Origin: an uncultured Gammaproteobacteria bacterium
GTDB lineage: Bacteria; Patescibacteriota; Microgenomatia; Levybacterales; GWA1-39-11
DNA: 33,302 nucleotides
Reading direction: 5' to 3'
Assembly (NCBI GenBank): GCA_964450885.1
Contig: CAYVFE010000002.1
Location: 81,192 to 114,493, forward strand
This document shows positions 1-9,865 of the stretch, piece by piece. Every line of letters begins with the position of its first letter. The stretch's first letter is position 1. The notes beneath the pieces were generated by a model that saw only the letters and a list, made by a program, of their open reading frames with translations, did no database searches and was not told the DNA's origin. A program made the position numbers and the translations under genes.

Positions 1-810
<810 letters not shown>

Positions 811-813
811 ATT

Positions 814-1356
814 ATGGAAAATCACGAAATAGAAAACACAAGAAGGTATATCAATATGGTAAATCCTGCTGACATACCTAACAAAGAAATAGATGAAGAC
901 TATGAGCATTTCATATACCCTGATACAATCATTGGAAGTATTGGTGTTGGGCATTTATTCCTGACCAGACCATTAGCAGAGGACCCTCATGCAAAAGGAA
1001 TTGGCCTAACTCTTGATACAGGCGAAGTCCTGGAAAAGAATGCTGCGTTTGGCGCTGGATACTATGACCTTAACTGTGAAATATCACATCCATCCGCACG
1101 TTTTTCTATGCCATTTACAATGGAGGTTGTAATTGACAGGATAGAAAACACTGCTTATGGAACGATGGAAAATGAGTCTAGGGATGAGGAGGAAGCCTCT
1201 GAAATATTAGGCAGCAAGATGGAGCATGACGAGACTAGACTGCTCAGACCACCAAGTTGGCATATCTCAACCGGTGAAAACGTAAACACGTTATTTGTAA
1301 AAAACGATTCCGCAGAGCTTTCAAAACTATTATTTCGTTTTGAAACTCAACAGTGA
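814..1356 (+). CDS. Hypothetical protein (180 aa, acidic)
   Basis: ORF exactly fills the gap between the gyrB stop (810) and the ppa RBS; no recognisable motif. Confidence 0.75.
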   Translation: MENHEIENTRRYINMVNPADIPNKEIDEDYEHFIYPDTIIGSIGVGHLFLTRPLAEDPHAKGIGLTLDTGEVLEKNAAFGAGYYDLNCEISHPSARFSMPFTMEVVIDRIENTAYGTMENESRDEEEASEILGSKMEHDETRLLRPPSWHISTGENVNTLFVKNDSAELSKLLFRFETQQ

Positions 1357-1374
1357 GGAGGTGACAACTAGATT

Positions 1375-1887
1375 ATGAAATTAACATACGGAGAAAAAGC
1401 GCCAGAACTCGTTAATGTACTTATCGAGGTACCGATGGATAGCAAGGTAAAATACGAATTTGACAAAGAGACGGAAATGATAACCGTGGACAGGTTTTTA
1501 TTCTTTGATAAGGGTTATCCTGCAAATTATGGATTTATCCCAAATACGCTTTCCGGGGATGGTGATCCCGTTGATGTCTTGGTGCTGTCACCAGAAGTAC
1601 TCGCCCCTGGAGTTGTCATCTGCGCAAAACCTATCGGGATGCTTGAGACCGAAGACGAGAGCGGAGAAGACGCAAAAATTGTTGCGGTCCCTACAGAAAA
1701 AGCAAATCCGGAATTTGGCAAATATAACGACATCTCAGAGTTACCAGAGGAGATTACAGAGAAAATCAAATACTTTTTCGAAAACTACAAGAAAAATGAA
1801 CCTGGGAAATGGGTGAAAGTGAAAGACTGGAAAGGACGCGATGTCGCTATTTCTGAGATCAAAAGCGGAATGGACAACGCAAAGTAG
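1375..1887 (+). CDS. ppa: Family I soluble inorganic pyrophosphatase
   Basis: KYEFDK, YPANYGFIPNTLSGDGDPVDVLVL, DESGEDAKIVAVP, FFENYK motifs; GAGGAGGT RBS about 12 nt upstream. Confidence 0.97.
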   Translation: MKLTYGEKAPELVNVLIEVPMDSKVKYEFDKETEMITVDRFLFFDKGYPANYGFIPNTLSGDGDPVDVLVLSPEVLAPGVVICAKPIGMLETEDESGEDAKIVAVPTEKANPEFGKYNDISELPEEITEKIKYFFENYKKNEPGKWVKVKDWKGRDVAISEIKSGMDNAK

Positions 1888-1959
1888 AATTTGGATACTG
1901 GTATTTAGCGTTTAGACTAGAGAAATACTTTCTAGACGCTATATATTAGGAGCCAAATT

Positions 1960-4599
1960 ATGAATGAAATAGGAAAATTAGAACAAGTAGAAATAGTAAA
2001 AGAGGCCAAAAAAGCATATCTCGACTATGCGATGAGCGTTATAGTCGCGCGTGCTCTTCCTGATATAAGAGACGGATTGAAACCGGTTCATCGAAGGATT
2101 CTTTATGCCATGTCTGATATGAACCTGACGCCTCAGGCGAAATTCTCCAAATCCGCAAAAATCGTCGGAGAAACGATGGGAAAATACCACCCCCATGGAG
2201 ATATGCCTATCTATGACGCGCTTGTGCGTCTCGCGCAGGATTTTTCGATGCGTTATACACTCGTAAACGGTCAGGGTAACTTCGGATCGGTAGACGGTGA
2301 TCCGCCCGCTGCCATGCGTTACACCGAGGCAAAGCTGCGACCTCTCGCGATGGAGATGCTTCAGGATCTTGATAAAGAAACTGTTGAATACATAGACAAT
2401 TTCGACGGAACGATGAAAGAGCCAGCATACTTGCCGGCAAAAATCCCGAATCTACTGCTTTCGGGATCAGAGGGAATTGCTGTAGGTATGGCTACAAAAA
2501 TCCCTCCACATAATTTGGGCGAGGTCGTAGACGCAGTTTTGTATACCATAGACAAGACCAAATTTGACGCTCAAATAGAACAGGATAAGACAACTCCCGA
2601 AAAAGCCGCCGAGGAAATGGCCGAGAAAGCCGAGGAACAAGAGACACCTTCACAAACGAAATTTACCGATGAGGAAGAGTTTTTGAGTAAAAAAGTAACA
2701 CTCAACTCGGAGGTAACTGTCGACGAGCTTCTTCAATTTATCCAAGGACCGGATTTCCCGACAGGCGGCGCGATTTATGATCAGACAGAGATCATCAACA
2801 CTTATCAGACAGGTAGAGGAAAAATCATCATAAGGGGTATCGCGAGTTTTGAGGATATAGGACAGGGCAAGAGTGCAATTATCATAACCGAACTGCCTTA
2901 TCAGGTGAATAAATCTGCTCTGGTCGCAAAAATTGCACACCTTGCAAAGGACAAGAAGATTGACGGGATAACAGACCTGCGCGACGAATCCGATAGGCAG
3001 GGAATGAGAGTTGTTATCGAGCTAAAGCGCGATCTGGCTCCTAAAAGGGTATTGAATAAACTTTATAAATATACCTCTCTTCAGACAAGCTTCCCTTCAA
3101 ATTTCGTTGCGCTCGTCGATGGAATTCCAAGGACTGTAAATCTAAAGACGATAATAGACGAGTATATAAAGCACAGATTCATTGTAGTTATCAGGCGCTC
3201 GGAATTCGAACTGCGGAATGCAAAAGCCAGACTTCACATACTGGATGGCTTGAAGATTGCAGTTGCCAATATAGATGAGGTTGTTGAAATCATCAAAAAG
3301 TCCAAAAATACCGACGAGGCTCGCGATAATTTGATGAAGCGCTTCCTACTAAGTGAAATCCAAACGAATGCGATACTTGATATGCAATTAAGACGACTTT
3401 CTGCGCTTGAGATTGAAAAACTCGAGCAGGAGTGGAAAGAAGTAAAAGCATTCATCGACTATCTCGAGGGTCTTTTGAAAGACCCTGCAAAGCTTATGGG
3501 TGTGGTCAAAGACGAACTGACCGAAATCAAGGAAAAATATGCTGACGCTCGAAAGACTAGGGTATTCAAGTCAAAGGTCGACGAGTTCTCCGATGAAGAC
3601 CTTATCCAAAACGAATCAACAGTCATAACCCTCACCAAAACAGGATATATAAAACGCCAATCTATGACGGGATTTAAGACTCAAGCGAGAGGCGGAAAAG
3701 GTGTCCGCGGCATGACGACCAAAGAAGAAGACACTATAGATCAGATACTTTTTGCCGAGACTCACGACTTCATATACTTTTTTACAAATAAGGGCAAGGT
3801 GTACCAAACGAGAGTATTTGAGATCCCGGAAAGCAGCAGGACCGCAAAGGGACAGGCCATAGTTAACCTGATAGATATAAGCGCAAATGACAGCATACAA
3901 TCGGTCCTGGTACGAAAGGGAAATGAATCAGAGAAAAAGAACCTTTTTATGGTAACGAAAAAGGGAGTGGTCAAAAAAACCAGCTTCGAACAATTCTCGA
4001 ATATAAGAAAGAATGGAATAATCGCAATTTCGCTGTCAGATGACGATAGACTCATCTGGGTAAAAATGACCAGCGGCAACGACGACATACTCCTTGTCAC
4101 CAAAAATGGAAAGGTGATCTGCTTTAGCGAAGAACAGGTGAGACCAACTGGAAGATCAAGTATGGGAGTTAGAGGAATCAAAATCTCCGGCGATGATGAA
4201 GTAATAGGCATGGATATAGTCAGCAATGCCGATAAAGAGGCAGAAATTATAATAATCGCAGAAAACGGGCTTGGTAAAAAGACCAAAGTTTCCGCTATCC
4301 GCAATCAGAATAGGGGAGGCCAGGGAGTAAAAATCGCTAACATTACAGCAAAGACCGGAAAGATTATTTATGCGGCCGTACTAGACAAAGAGCTCGACTC
4401 TGTAATCATAACTTCGGAGAAGGGCCAGGTCGTCAAGATTCCGGTAAAAACCATACCCACGCTTTCAAGAAACACTCAGGGAGTTATCCTAATGCGCTTT
4501 TCAAAAGGAGACGACAGGGTAGCTTCTGCTACTACGACAGGCAAAAGTGAAGATGAATCTGATCCAAAACTTGATACTCCAGAAGCAAAAGCTGCTTAA
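1960..4599 (+). CDS. gyrA: DNA gyrase subunit A
   Basis: [40 protein letters not shown] (catalytic Tyr), GyrA-box QARGGKG and C-terminal beta-pinwheel repeats. Confidence 0.99.
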   Translation: MNEIGKLEQVEIVKEAKKAYLDYAMSVIVARALPDIRDGLKPVHRRILYAMSDMNLTPQAKFSKSAKIVGETMGKYHPHGDMPIYDALVRLAQDFSMRYTLVNGQGNFGSVDGDPPAAMRYTEAKLRPLAMEMLQDLDKETVEYIDNFDGTMKEPAYLPAKIPNLLLSGSEGIAVGMATKIPPHNLGEVVDAVLYTIDKTKFDAQIEQDKTTPEKAAEEMAEKAEEQETPSQTKFTDEEEFLSKKVTLNSEVTVDELLQFIQGPDFPTGGAIYDQTEIINTYQTGRGKIIIRGIASFEDIGQGKSAIIITELPYQVNKSALVAKIAHLAKDKKIDGITDLRDESDRQGMRVVIELKRDLAPKRVLNKLYKYTSLQTSFPSNFVALVDGIPRTVNLKTIIDEYIKHRFIVVIRRSEFELRNAKARLHILDGLKIAVANIDEVVEIIKKSKNTDEARDNLMKRFLLSEIQTNAILDMQLRRLSALEIEKLEQEWKEVKAFIDYLEGLLKDPAKLMGVVKDELTEIKEKYADARKTRVFKSKVDEFSDEDLIQNESTVITLTKTGYIKRQSMTGFKTQARGGKGVRGMTTKEEDTIDQILFAETHDFIYFFTNKGKVYQTRVFEIPESSRTAKGQAIVNLIDISANDSIQSVLVRKGNESEKKNLFMVTKKGVVKKTSFEQFSNIRKNGIIAISLSDDDRLIWVKMTSGNDDILLVTKNGKVICFSEEQVRPTGRSSMGVRGIKISGDDEVIGMDIVSNADKEAEIIIIAENGLGKKTKVSAIRNQNRGGQGVKIANITAKTGKIIYAAVLDKELDSVIITSEKGQVVKIPVKTIPTLSRNTQGVILMRFSKGDDRVASATTTGKSEDESDPKLDTPEAKAA

Positions 4600-4659
4600 T
4601 AGAAAATCTGAAGATTCTATTCCCTTACATTTCAAGCTCAAACAAACTATAATATAGCC

Positions 4660-5493
4660 ATGGAAATAAATGGCAAAAAACTTCAAGAGGATTTAGTCAG
4701 GAAGCTCAGCAGTGAAGTAAAAAGGCTTAAGGAAAAGGGTATTGATCCTTGCATTGCAATCGTCACTCTAGGCCCCGAAAAAAGCTGGGAAGCTTATGTC
4801 AAACAAAAGCTAAAGCTCGCTGAAAAACTCCACATCAAAGCAAGATTCATCAACTTAAGGCCTAAAACGACGGAGGAAGTTATCGAAATTGTCGAGAGTT
4901 TGAATAGAGATGAATCAGTGCACGGACTTATAGTTCAGAGACCTTTTCCGAATGAGATTGATACAGAAAGAGTTATTCAAAGTGTATCAAAAGATAAAGA
5001 TATCGATGGGTTTAGAAAGGATTCACAATTCGGTGTTCCAGCCTGGCTTGCTGTAAGATATATTCTCAGTCATATCGCCTCACTGCTAAATTTTTCCGAC
5101 CTACGATCCTTCCTGTCAGATAAGGCTATTCTCGTAATTGGAAAGGGTGGAACAGCAGGTCAGCCGACCATAGAGGGCCTCAAAGATCTAGGTTTTGAAC
5201 CGCAGGTAATAGATAGTAAAACTGTAGACAAGAAGCAGTTAATACGCGAAGCGGACATAATAATTTCTGCAGTCGGAAAGAAAAAAATAATTTCTGCAGA
5301 AAGTATAAAAGAGAAAAGTATCCTTATAGGAGTAGGGATCCATGGAGAAGATGGAAAGCTATTTGGTGACTTTGATGTAGAAGACATACAAAAGAAAGTG
5401 GCATTTTTTACTCCTACGCCGGGTGGGGTAGGACCGGTCAACCTGGCTTTTCTTTTTATGAATCTATTACAGGCTGTTAAAAATTCAGAATAG
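4660..5493 (+). CDS. folD: Bifunctional methylenetetrahydrofolate dehydrogenase/cyclohydrolase
   Basis: YVKQK (YxxxK), VHGLIVQRP, KDIDG, GDFD, TPTPGGVGP motifs. Confidence 0.92.
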   Translation: MEINGKKLQEDLVRKLSSEVKRLKEKGIDPCIAIVTLGPEKSWEAYVKQKLKLAEKLHIKARFINLRPKTTEEVIEIVESLNRDESVHGLIVQRPFPNEIDTERVIQSVSKDKDIDGFRKDSQFGVPAWLAVRYILSHIASLLNFSDLRSFLSDKAILVIGKGGTAGQPTIEGLKDLGFEPQVIDSKTVDKKQLIREADIIISAVGKKKIISAESIKEKSILIGVGIHGEDGKLFGDFDVEDIQKKVAFFTPTPGGVGPVNLAFLFMNLLQAVKNSE

Positions 5494-5496
5494 AGT

Positions 5497-6462
5497 ATGA
5501 AACGATTTGATCTAAAAGAGGAACTTAAAAGTCGCATAAAAAAAAGCGGGGGATTTACTAATTCGCACGCTCATATAGATCGTGCCTATACAGTAAATAA
5601 GGATAATTTCAAACTAATAAATGCTCCTCTGGAGCAAAAGTGGAACCTAAATGACGAATACAAAAAGAGTGTTACCGTCGTTAACCTATATGACAGGATG
5701 GCACGCGCAATAGAGATCATGCTCGACCAGAACGTCACCGCTCTGGGAACATTCATAGATGTCGATCCTCAGATAAAAGATAAATCGATAATGGCAGCCG
5801 AAAAAATCCGTAAAAAATATTCCAGACAGATCGAGATTAAATTCATAAATCAATGCCACAAAGGAGTTCTGGAAAGAGAGGCAAGTAAATGGTTTGCCTA
5901 TGGGGCGGATTTCGTCGATATCATAGGTGGACTTCCCAGAGCCGATATAGGCCGCGAAAAAGAGCACGTGCAGACACTTTTGCATACGGGGAAAAAGCTC
6001 AACAAGATGGTACACGTCCATGTAGACCAGCTAAACTCAGCTAAAGAAAAGGAGACCGAGCTTTTGGCAAAGCTGACGATAAAAAACAATATGCAGGGTA
6101 GAGTAGTCGCAATACACGGAATATCGATCGCAGCACATAAGAAAACTTATAGAAAAAAACTGTACTCGCTTATGAGGGAGGCAAAGCTTATGGCCATAGC
6201 TTGTCCGACGGCATGGATAGATAGCAGAAGAAGCGAGGAAATATCCCCTATCCATAATGCTCTAACTCCTGTCGATGAGATGATTGATGAAAAACTTACC
6301 GTAGCACTTGGGACAGATAATATAGCTGATATCTACAAACCTTTTTCTGATGGAGATATGTGGATAGAGCTTAGACTACTACTTGAGGGGTGCAGGATTT
6401 CGGATCTCGATAAATTGGTGAAGATAGCCAGTAAAAATGGGCGCAAGGTCCTGGGGCTATAG
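5497..6462 (+). CDS. Cytosine deaminase-like metal-dependent amidohydrolase
   Basis: HAHID metal motif, HVHVD, IHG and LGTDN in the order seen in CodA-type amidohydrolases; starts 3 nt after the folD stop. Substrate unknown. Confidence 0.85.
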   Translation: MKRFDLKEELKSRIKKSGGFTNSHAHIDRAYTVNKDNFKLINAPLEQKWNLNDEYKKSVTVVNLYDRMARAIEIMLDQNVTALGTFIDVDPQIKDKSIMAAEKIRKKYSRQIEIKFINQCHKGVLEREASKWFAYGADFVDIIGGLPRADIGREKEHVQTLLHTGKKLNKMVHVHVDQLNSAKEKETELLAKLTIKNNMQGRVVAIHGISIAAHKKTYRKKLYSLMREAKLMAIACPTAWIDSRRSEEISPIHNALTPVDEMIDEKLTVALGTDNIADIYKPFSDGDMWIELRLLLEGCRISDLDKLVKIASKNGRKVLGL

Positions 6463-6472
6463 TGGGCTATAG

Positions 6473-7288
6473 TCAAACGACTTCTTCTTCGAGGATTGCT
6501 GTTAGGCAGTGTGCGCCGCCGCCAGCCTTCATGAACTCCCTCAGATCGACTTCTATCGATCTATATCCAAGCGACTCCACTTTATCTTTAAAAGTAGGGA
6601 TGCCGCTTTGCATCACCACATGGTGATCGGTTGTTATGGAATTGGCAGCAAAATTCTCGACCTCAAAATCTTCAAAAGGGATAAGAAGCGGGATGTTAGC
6701 TTTCAATGCTTCCAGGGATTTTTTTGTAAAGGCTCTTGGATAGTAAAAAGCAATTCTGTCATTTAATGGGAAAAGTGCAGTATCTAGGTGAAAAAACCTC
6801 GGATCCTTTAGCGAGATAGGCACGACTTCTATCCCCAAAAATTTTTCGATAAATTTGCATGCGCGAATATTTGTCCTGAATCCTACACCTATAAAAATTT
6901 TATTATTGATAAACAAACTCTCACCGCTACCTTCAAATGTGATATCTTCCGGAAGAAAGAAAAATGTAAAATTTTTGTCTTCGAACCATTTTTTGTAAAA
7001 ATCGCGCTCTTTTTGTCTCTCCGGATATTTGAAATTACTGACAACGATCGAGTTATTGTAAAAAATGCCTTGATCTGTCGCAAAAACCATATCAGGAACA
7101 CCTTTAACTTGATCGATTATCTCGACCTCTATCGAGAGCCTTTTATAAACTTTTACAAGCTGGTTCCATTGAGAAAGTGCTTTTTGGCCATCAGCGGATC
7201 CTTTGACCATCCAAGGATTTATACTATAGTCGACGGAGAAGTATTTGGGCCGGCACATCAATACTTTTCTAACGATCTTTGTCTTCAT
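6473..7288 (-). CDS. Guanidino-group-modifying (amidinotransferase/DDAH/ArgZ-like) hydrolase
   Basis: VLMCRPKYFSVDYSINPWM, PDMVF, FEGSGE, FHLDT and GGGAHCLT give the Glu-His-Cys triad of the pentein fold; 4-bp ATGA overlap with the argG stop. Confidence 0.9.
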   Translation of the reverse strand: MKTKIVRKVLMCRPKYFSVDYSINPWMVKGSADGQKALSQWNQLVKVYKRLSIEVEIIDQVKGVPDMVFATDQGIFYNNSIVVSNFKYPERQKERDFYKKWFEDKNFTFFFLPEDITFEGSGESLFINNKIFIGVGFRTNIRACKFIEKFLGIEVVPISLKDPRFFHLDTALFPLNDRIAFYYPRAFTKKSLEALKANIPLLIPFEDFEVENFAANSITTDHHVVMQSGIPTFKDKVESLGYRSIEVDLREFMKAGGGAHCLTAILEEEVV

Positions 7289-8913
7289 TTACGATAGCCA
7301 AAATCGTCATAAAGCTTGTCGACGAATTGCTTTGCGACTCCCATAGTGGTTATGAGATGGGTGTTCGTCTTGATAGCAAAATCGCGGATGATATTTCTGT
7401 CTGTCTTTTCTTTTTCGTCTTCATCTTTCTTATTTTCGATACTGATTATAAAATCGAAGCGCTTTGAATCTAGCAAGTCCAGTAGGTTTGGTTTTTTGTG
7501 AGGTTGTGAGATCTTCTGAACCAGAATAGAAGGTATGCCATTTGATATCAGGAATTTGTGAGTCTTATACGTAGAGTAGAGCTTAAAACCGAGAGAATTC
7601 AACTTTTTAGCATATGACAGGAATTTTACTTTATTTGCTCTTTTTCCGATAGAAAGCAAAGCGGTTCTCTCGCTTCGCTGTGCAAGCCTCATCTGAAGAG
7701 TGTAGAGCTCTATAAATCCTGCCGAAGCATTCTGGTTAAAGGCATCTGACGACATGAACGTTGCCAGCTTTTCCTCAAAAATAGTATTTGGTGTCTGGAC
7801 TGCAACAGCCTCTGCCATACCTTTAAATAATCTTACCTTAACTGTACCCGTAACTTTCTGATTGATCTTATCGATAAAGGCATTTAGATCATCCATCAAA
7901 GGTTCGAGCCAAAAAGCACCATAGCAAAGATATGCCCATTTGGTGTCTACCTCTGATTTGAATTCGTTTTCCTGACGGGTACTAACATATTTCTCCAGGT
8001 TCTTATGGGCAGTTATTATTATCTCAGCAGCTGGTGCTTCATATATTCCGCGGACCTTTAATCCCACAACCCTGTCTTCTATGTGATGCGCTATTCCTAT
8101 TCCATGCTTTGCGCCTATTCTATTTAAAGTATCTATGATTTTTGCCAGCTTCATCGACTTCCCATTTACGCTTACAGGAATTCCTTTAACAAACTCAACC
8201 TCAACTATCTCAGCCTTATTCGGAGCTTTTTCGGGGAGAGTACAAACAAGCAGTATATTCTCGAGGGGTGGGACGAGAGCGGGATCCTCAACTTCGCCGC
8301 CTTCGGCCGTTACACCCCACATATTGTCATCATAAGAATAAAGTTTTTTTGCACTTTGTCTTACTTCGATTCCATGCTTTTTTGCATACTTAAGTTCTTC
8401 ATCGCGTCCCATCGCCCATTCGCGCACAGGTGCGATTATCTTTATGTCAGGATTTAGCGCAAGAGCAGTACCTTCGATCCTAACCTGATCATTTCCCTTA
8501 CCTGTACATCCATGAGCGATCGTGTCTGCGCCTTCTTCCATAGCGACACGAACTGCGATTTTTGCCAGAAGCGGACGGCCCAAAGGAGTGGACAAAAAAT
8601 ACCTTCCCTGATAAGAACCATTTGCCTTAATTCCTTTTGCGATATATTCCTCCGCGAATTCATCTTTCGCATCGACGACGACTGCTTTTATGGCTCCGAG
8701 CTTTAAAGCCTTTTTCTTTATTTGTTCGAGGTCATCGGTCTGCTGACCTATGTCTATCGTGAGTGCAATTATCTCTGCATCATATTCTTCTTTTATCCAC
8801 TTAAGCATTACTGATGTGTCCAATCCACCGGAGTAGAGAAGGACGACTTTCTTGATCTCGCCTTTCTTCCCTTCGTAGGAGGCTACTTTTACATATTTTC
8901 CGTTTTTTGCCAT
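7285..8913 (-). CDS. argG: Argininosuccinate synthase with C-terminal MGS-like (CarB-type) domain
   Basis: KVVLLYSGGLDTS, HGCTGKGNDQVR, YSYDDNMWG, GRG-equivalent GLKVRGIYEAP, FNQNASAGFI; extra ~127 aa from residue 416 resembles the MGS-like domain. Confidence 0.95.
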   Translation of the reverse strand: MAKNGKYVKVASYEGKKGEIKKVVLLYSGGLDTSVMLKWIKEEYDAEIIALTIDIGQQTDDLEQIKKKALKLGAIKAVVVDAKDEFAEEYIAKGIKANGSYQGRYFLSTPLGRPLLAKIAVRVAMEEGADTIAHGCTGKGNDQVRIEGTALALNPDIKIIAPVREWAMGRDEELKYAKKHGIEVRQSAKKLYSYDDNMWGVTAEGGEVEDPALVPPLENILLVCTLPEKAPNKAEIVEVEFVKGIPVSVNGKSMKLAKIIDTLNRIGAKHGIGIAHHIEDRVVGLKVRGIYEAPAAEIIITAHKNLEKYVSTRQENEFKSEVDTKWAYLCYGAFWLEPLMDDLNAFIDKINQKVTGTVKVRLFKGMAEAVAVQTPNTIFEEKLATFMSSDAFNQNASAGFIELYTLQMRLAQRSERTALLSIGKRANKVKFLSYAKKLNSLGFKLYSTYKTHKFLISNGIPSILVQKISQPHKKPNLLDLLDSKRFDFIISIENKKDEDEKEKTDRNIIRDFAIKTNTHLITTMGVAKQFVDKLYDDFGYRK

Positions 8914-9063
8914 ATGTAATTAAAAACTTATATTATGAAGACAAAAAATATACTAATATTCTTGCCTTTAACCATACAATAGTTAATTTCGTATATTTTG
9001 TCAATATACAAAATCATACTTTTGACAAAACTTTTAAAAACATATAAAGTAGTTTTTGTAGGA

Positions 9064-9852
9064 ATGTTCAAGAAAGATAAAAGAATCCGCATTCTTTCTT
9101 TTGCCCCGAGAAGAACTAAAAGGTCAAATTTTTTCAAATTAAGCCTTTTTGCTTTTGCATATCTCTCGCTTATCGGAAGTCTGTGCGCTCTATATATGCT
9201 TACGATCCCTGAGGGGAATGCCCAACTGGAAAAAAGGACGCTGGGTGAAAAGACGGAAAATGTAAAAAGGGCAAATATCGGGTACCTGGAGATTTCTCCT
9301 TCGCCTACACTGGTAGCTTCGGTAACACCTACTCAAGCTCCAGAACCAACACCTGTTCCACCCACAGCTACGCCAACTACTCAGGCTCAAATCGACAATA
9401 GCACGCAATATACTGCCGAGAAAATCGGAGAAAACACTTTCAGGGTGACAGGGGTAACGCTTGATAACAGCATGGCAAGCACCTCAGATATATTAGATGC
9501 CCTTAATTCGTATAGGCAGGGAAGAGGAGTTGGGACTCTTGCATGGGACAGTAACCTTGCGACCTTCGCACAGGATAGAGCCAACTTTTTTAGCTCAAAT
9601 AGTACACTGGACAACCACACGGGGTTCAAAAGCTTTATGGATAACAATGGGTTTGAGATATCCGGATTCAATGGTCTAGGAGAAAATTCAGCGCATCTTG
9701 CGGGCCCCATGAATGGCGACAGAATCATCAAGGAGATTTTTGGCGCCGATGCACCGCATGACAACAACCAGCTTGATTCTTCCTGGACTCATGCAGGCGT
9801 CGGGGTAAATGGTAACTACATCAACATCAACTTCGGAAGAAACAAAAGATAG
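9064..9852 (+). CDS. Membrane-anchored CAP (SCP/Tpx-1) domain protein
   Basis: Basic N-terminus plus one TM helix, Pro/Thr linker (PTQAPEPTPVPPTATPT), then LNSYRQGRG..LAWDSNL..AQDRA, GENSA, H..N.LD..W...GVG. Start moved from 8998 to the more plausible ATG at 9064. Confidence 0.85.
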   Translation: MFKKDKRIRILSFAPRRTKRSNFFKLSLFAFAYLSLIGSLCALYMLTIPEGNAQLEKRTLGEKTENVKRANIGYLEISPSPTLVASVTPTQAPEPTPVPPTATPTTQAQIDNSTQYTAEKIGENTFRVTGVTLDNSMASTSDILDALNSYRQGRGVGTLAWDSNLATFAQDRANFFSSNSTLDNHTGFKSFMDNNGFEISGFNGLGENSAHLAGPMNGDRIIKEIFGADAPHDNNQLDSSWTHAGVGVNGNYININFGRNKR

Positions 9853-9865
9853 GCAAACCTTAGGC

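Noticed and set aside
3762-4304. 180-aa antisense ORF within gyrA (also similar antisense ORFs within ppa, argG, nif3, htrA, hisS and prfA)
   Set aside because: Shadow ORFs opposite well-supported genes, with no independent features.
1960-4599. Intein in GyrA (also checked GyrB and DnaB)
   Set aside because: No C/S...HN splice junctions or LAGLIDADG motifs; lengths are explained without one.
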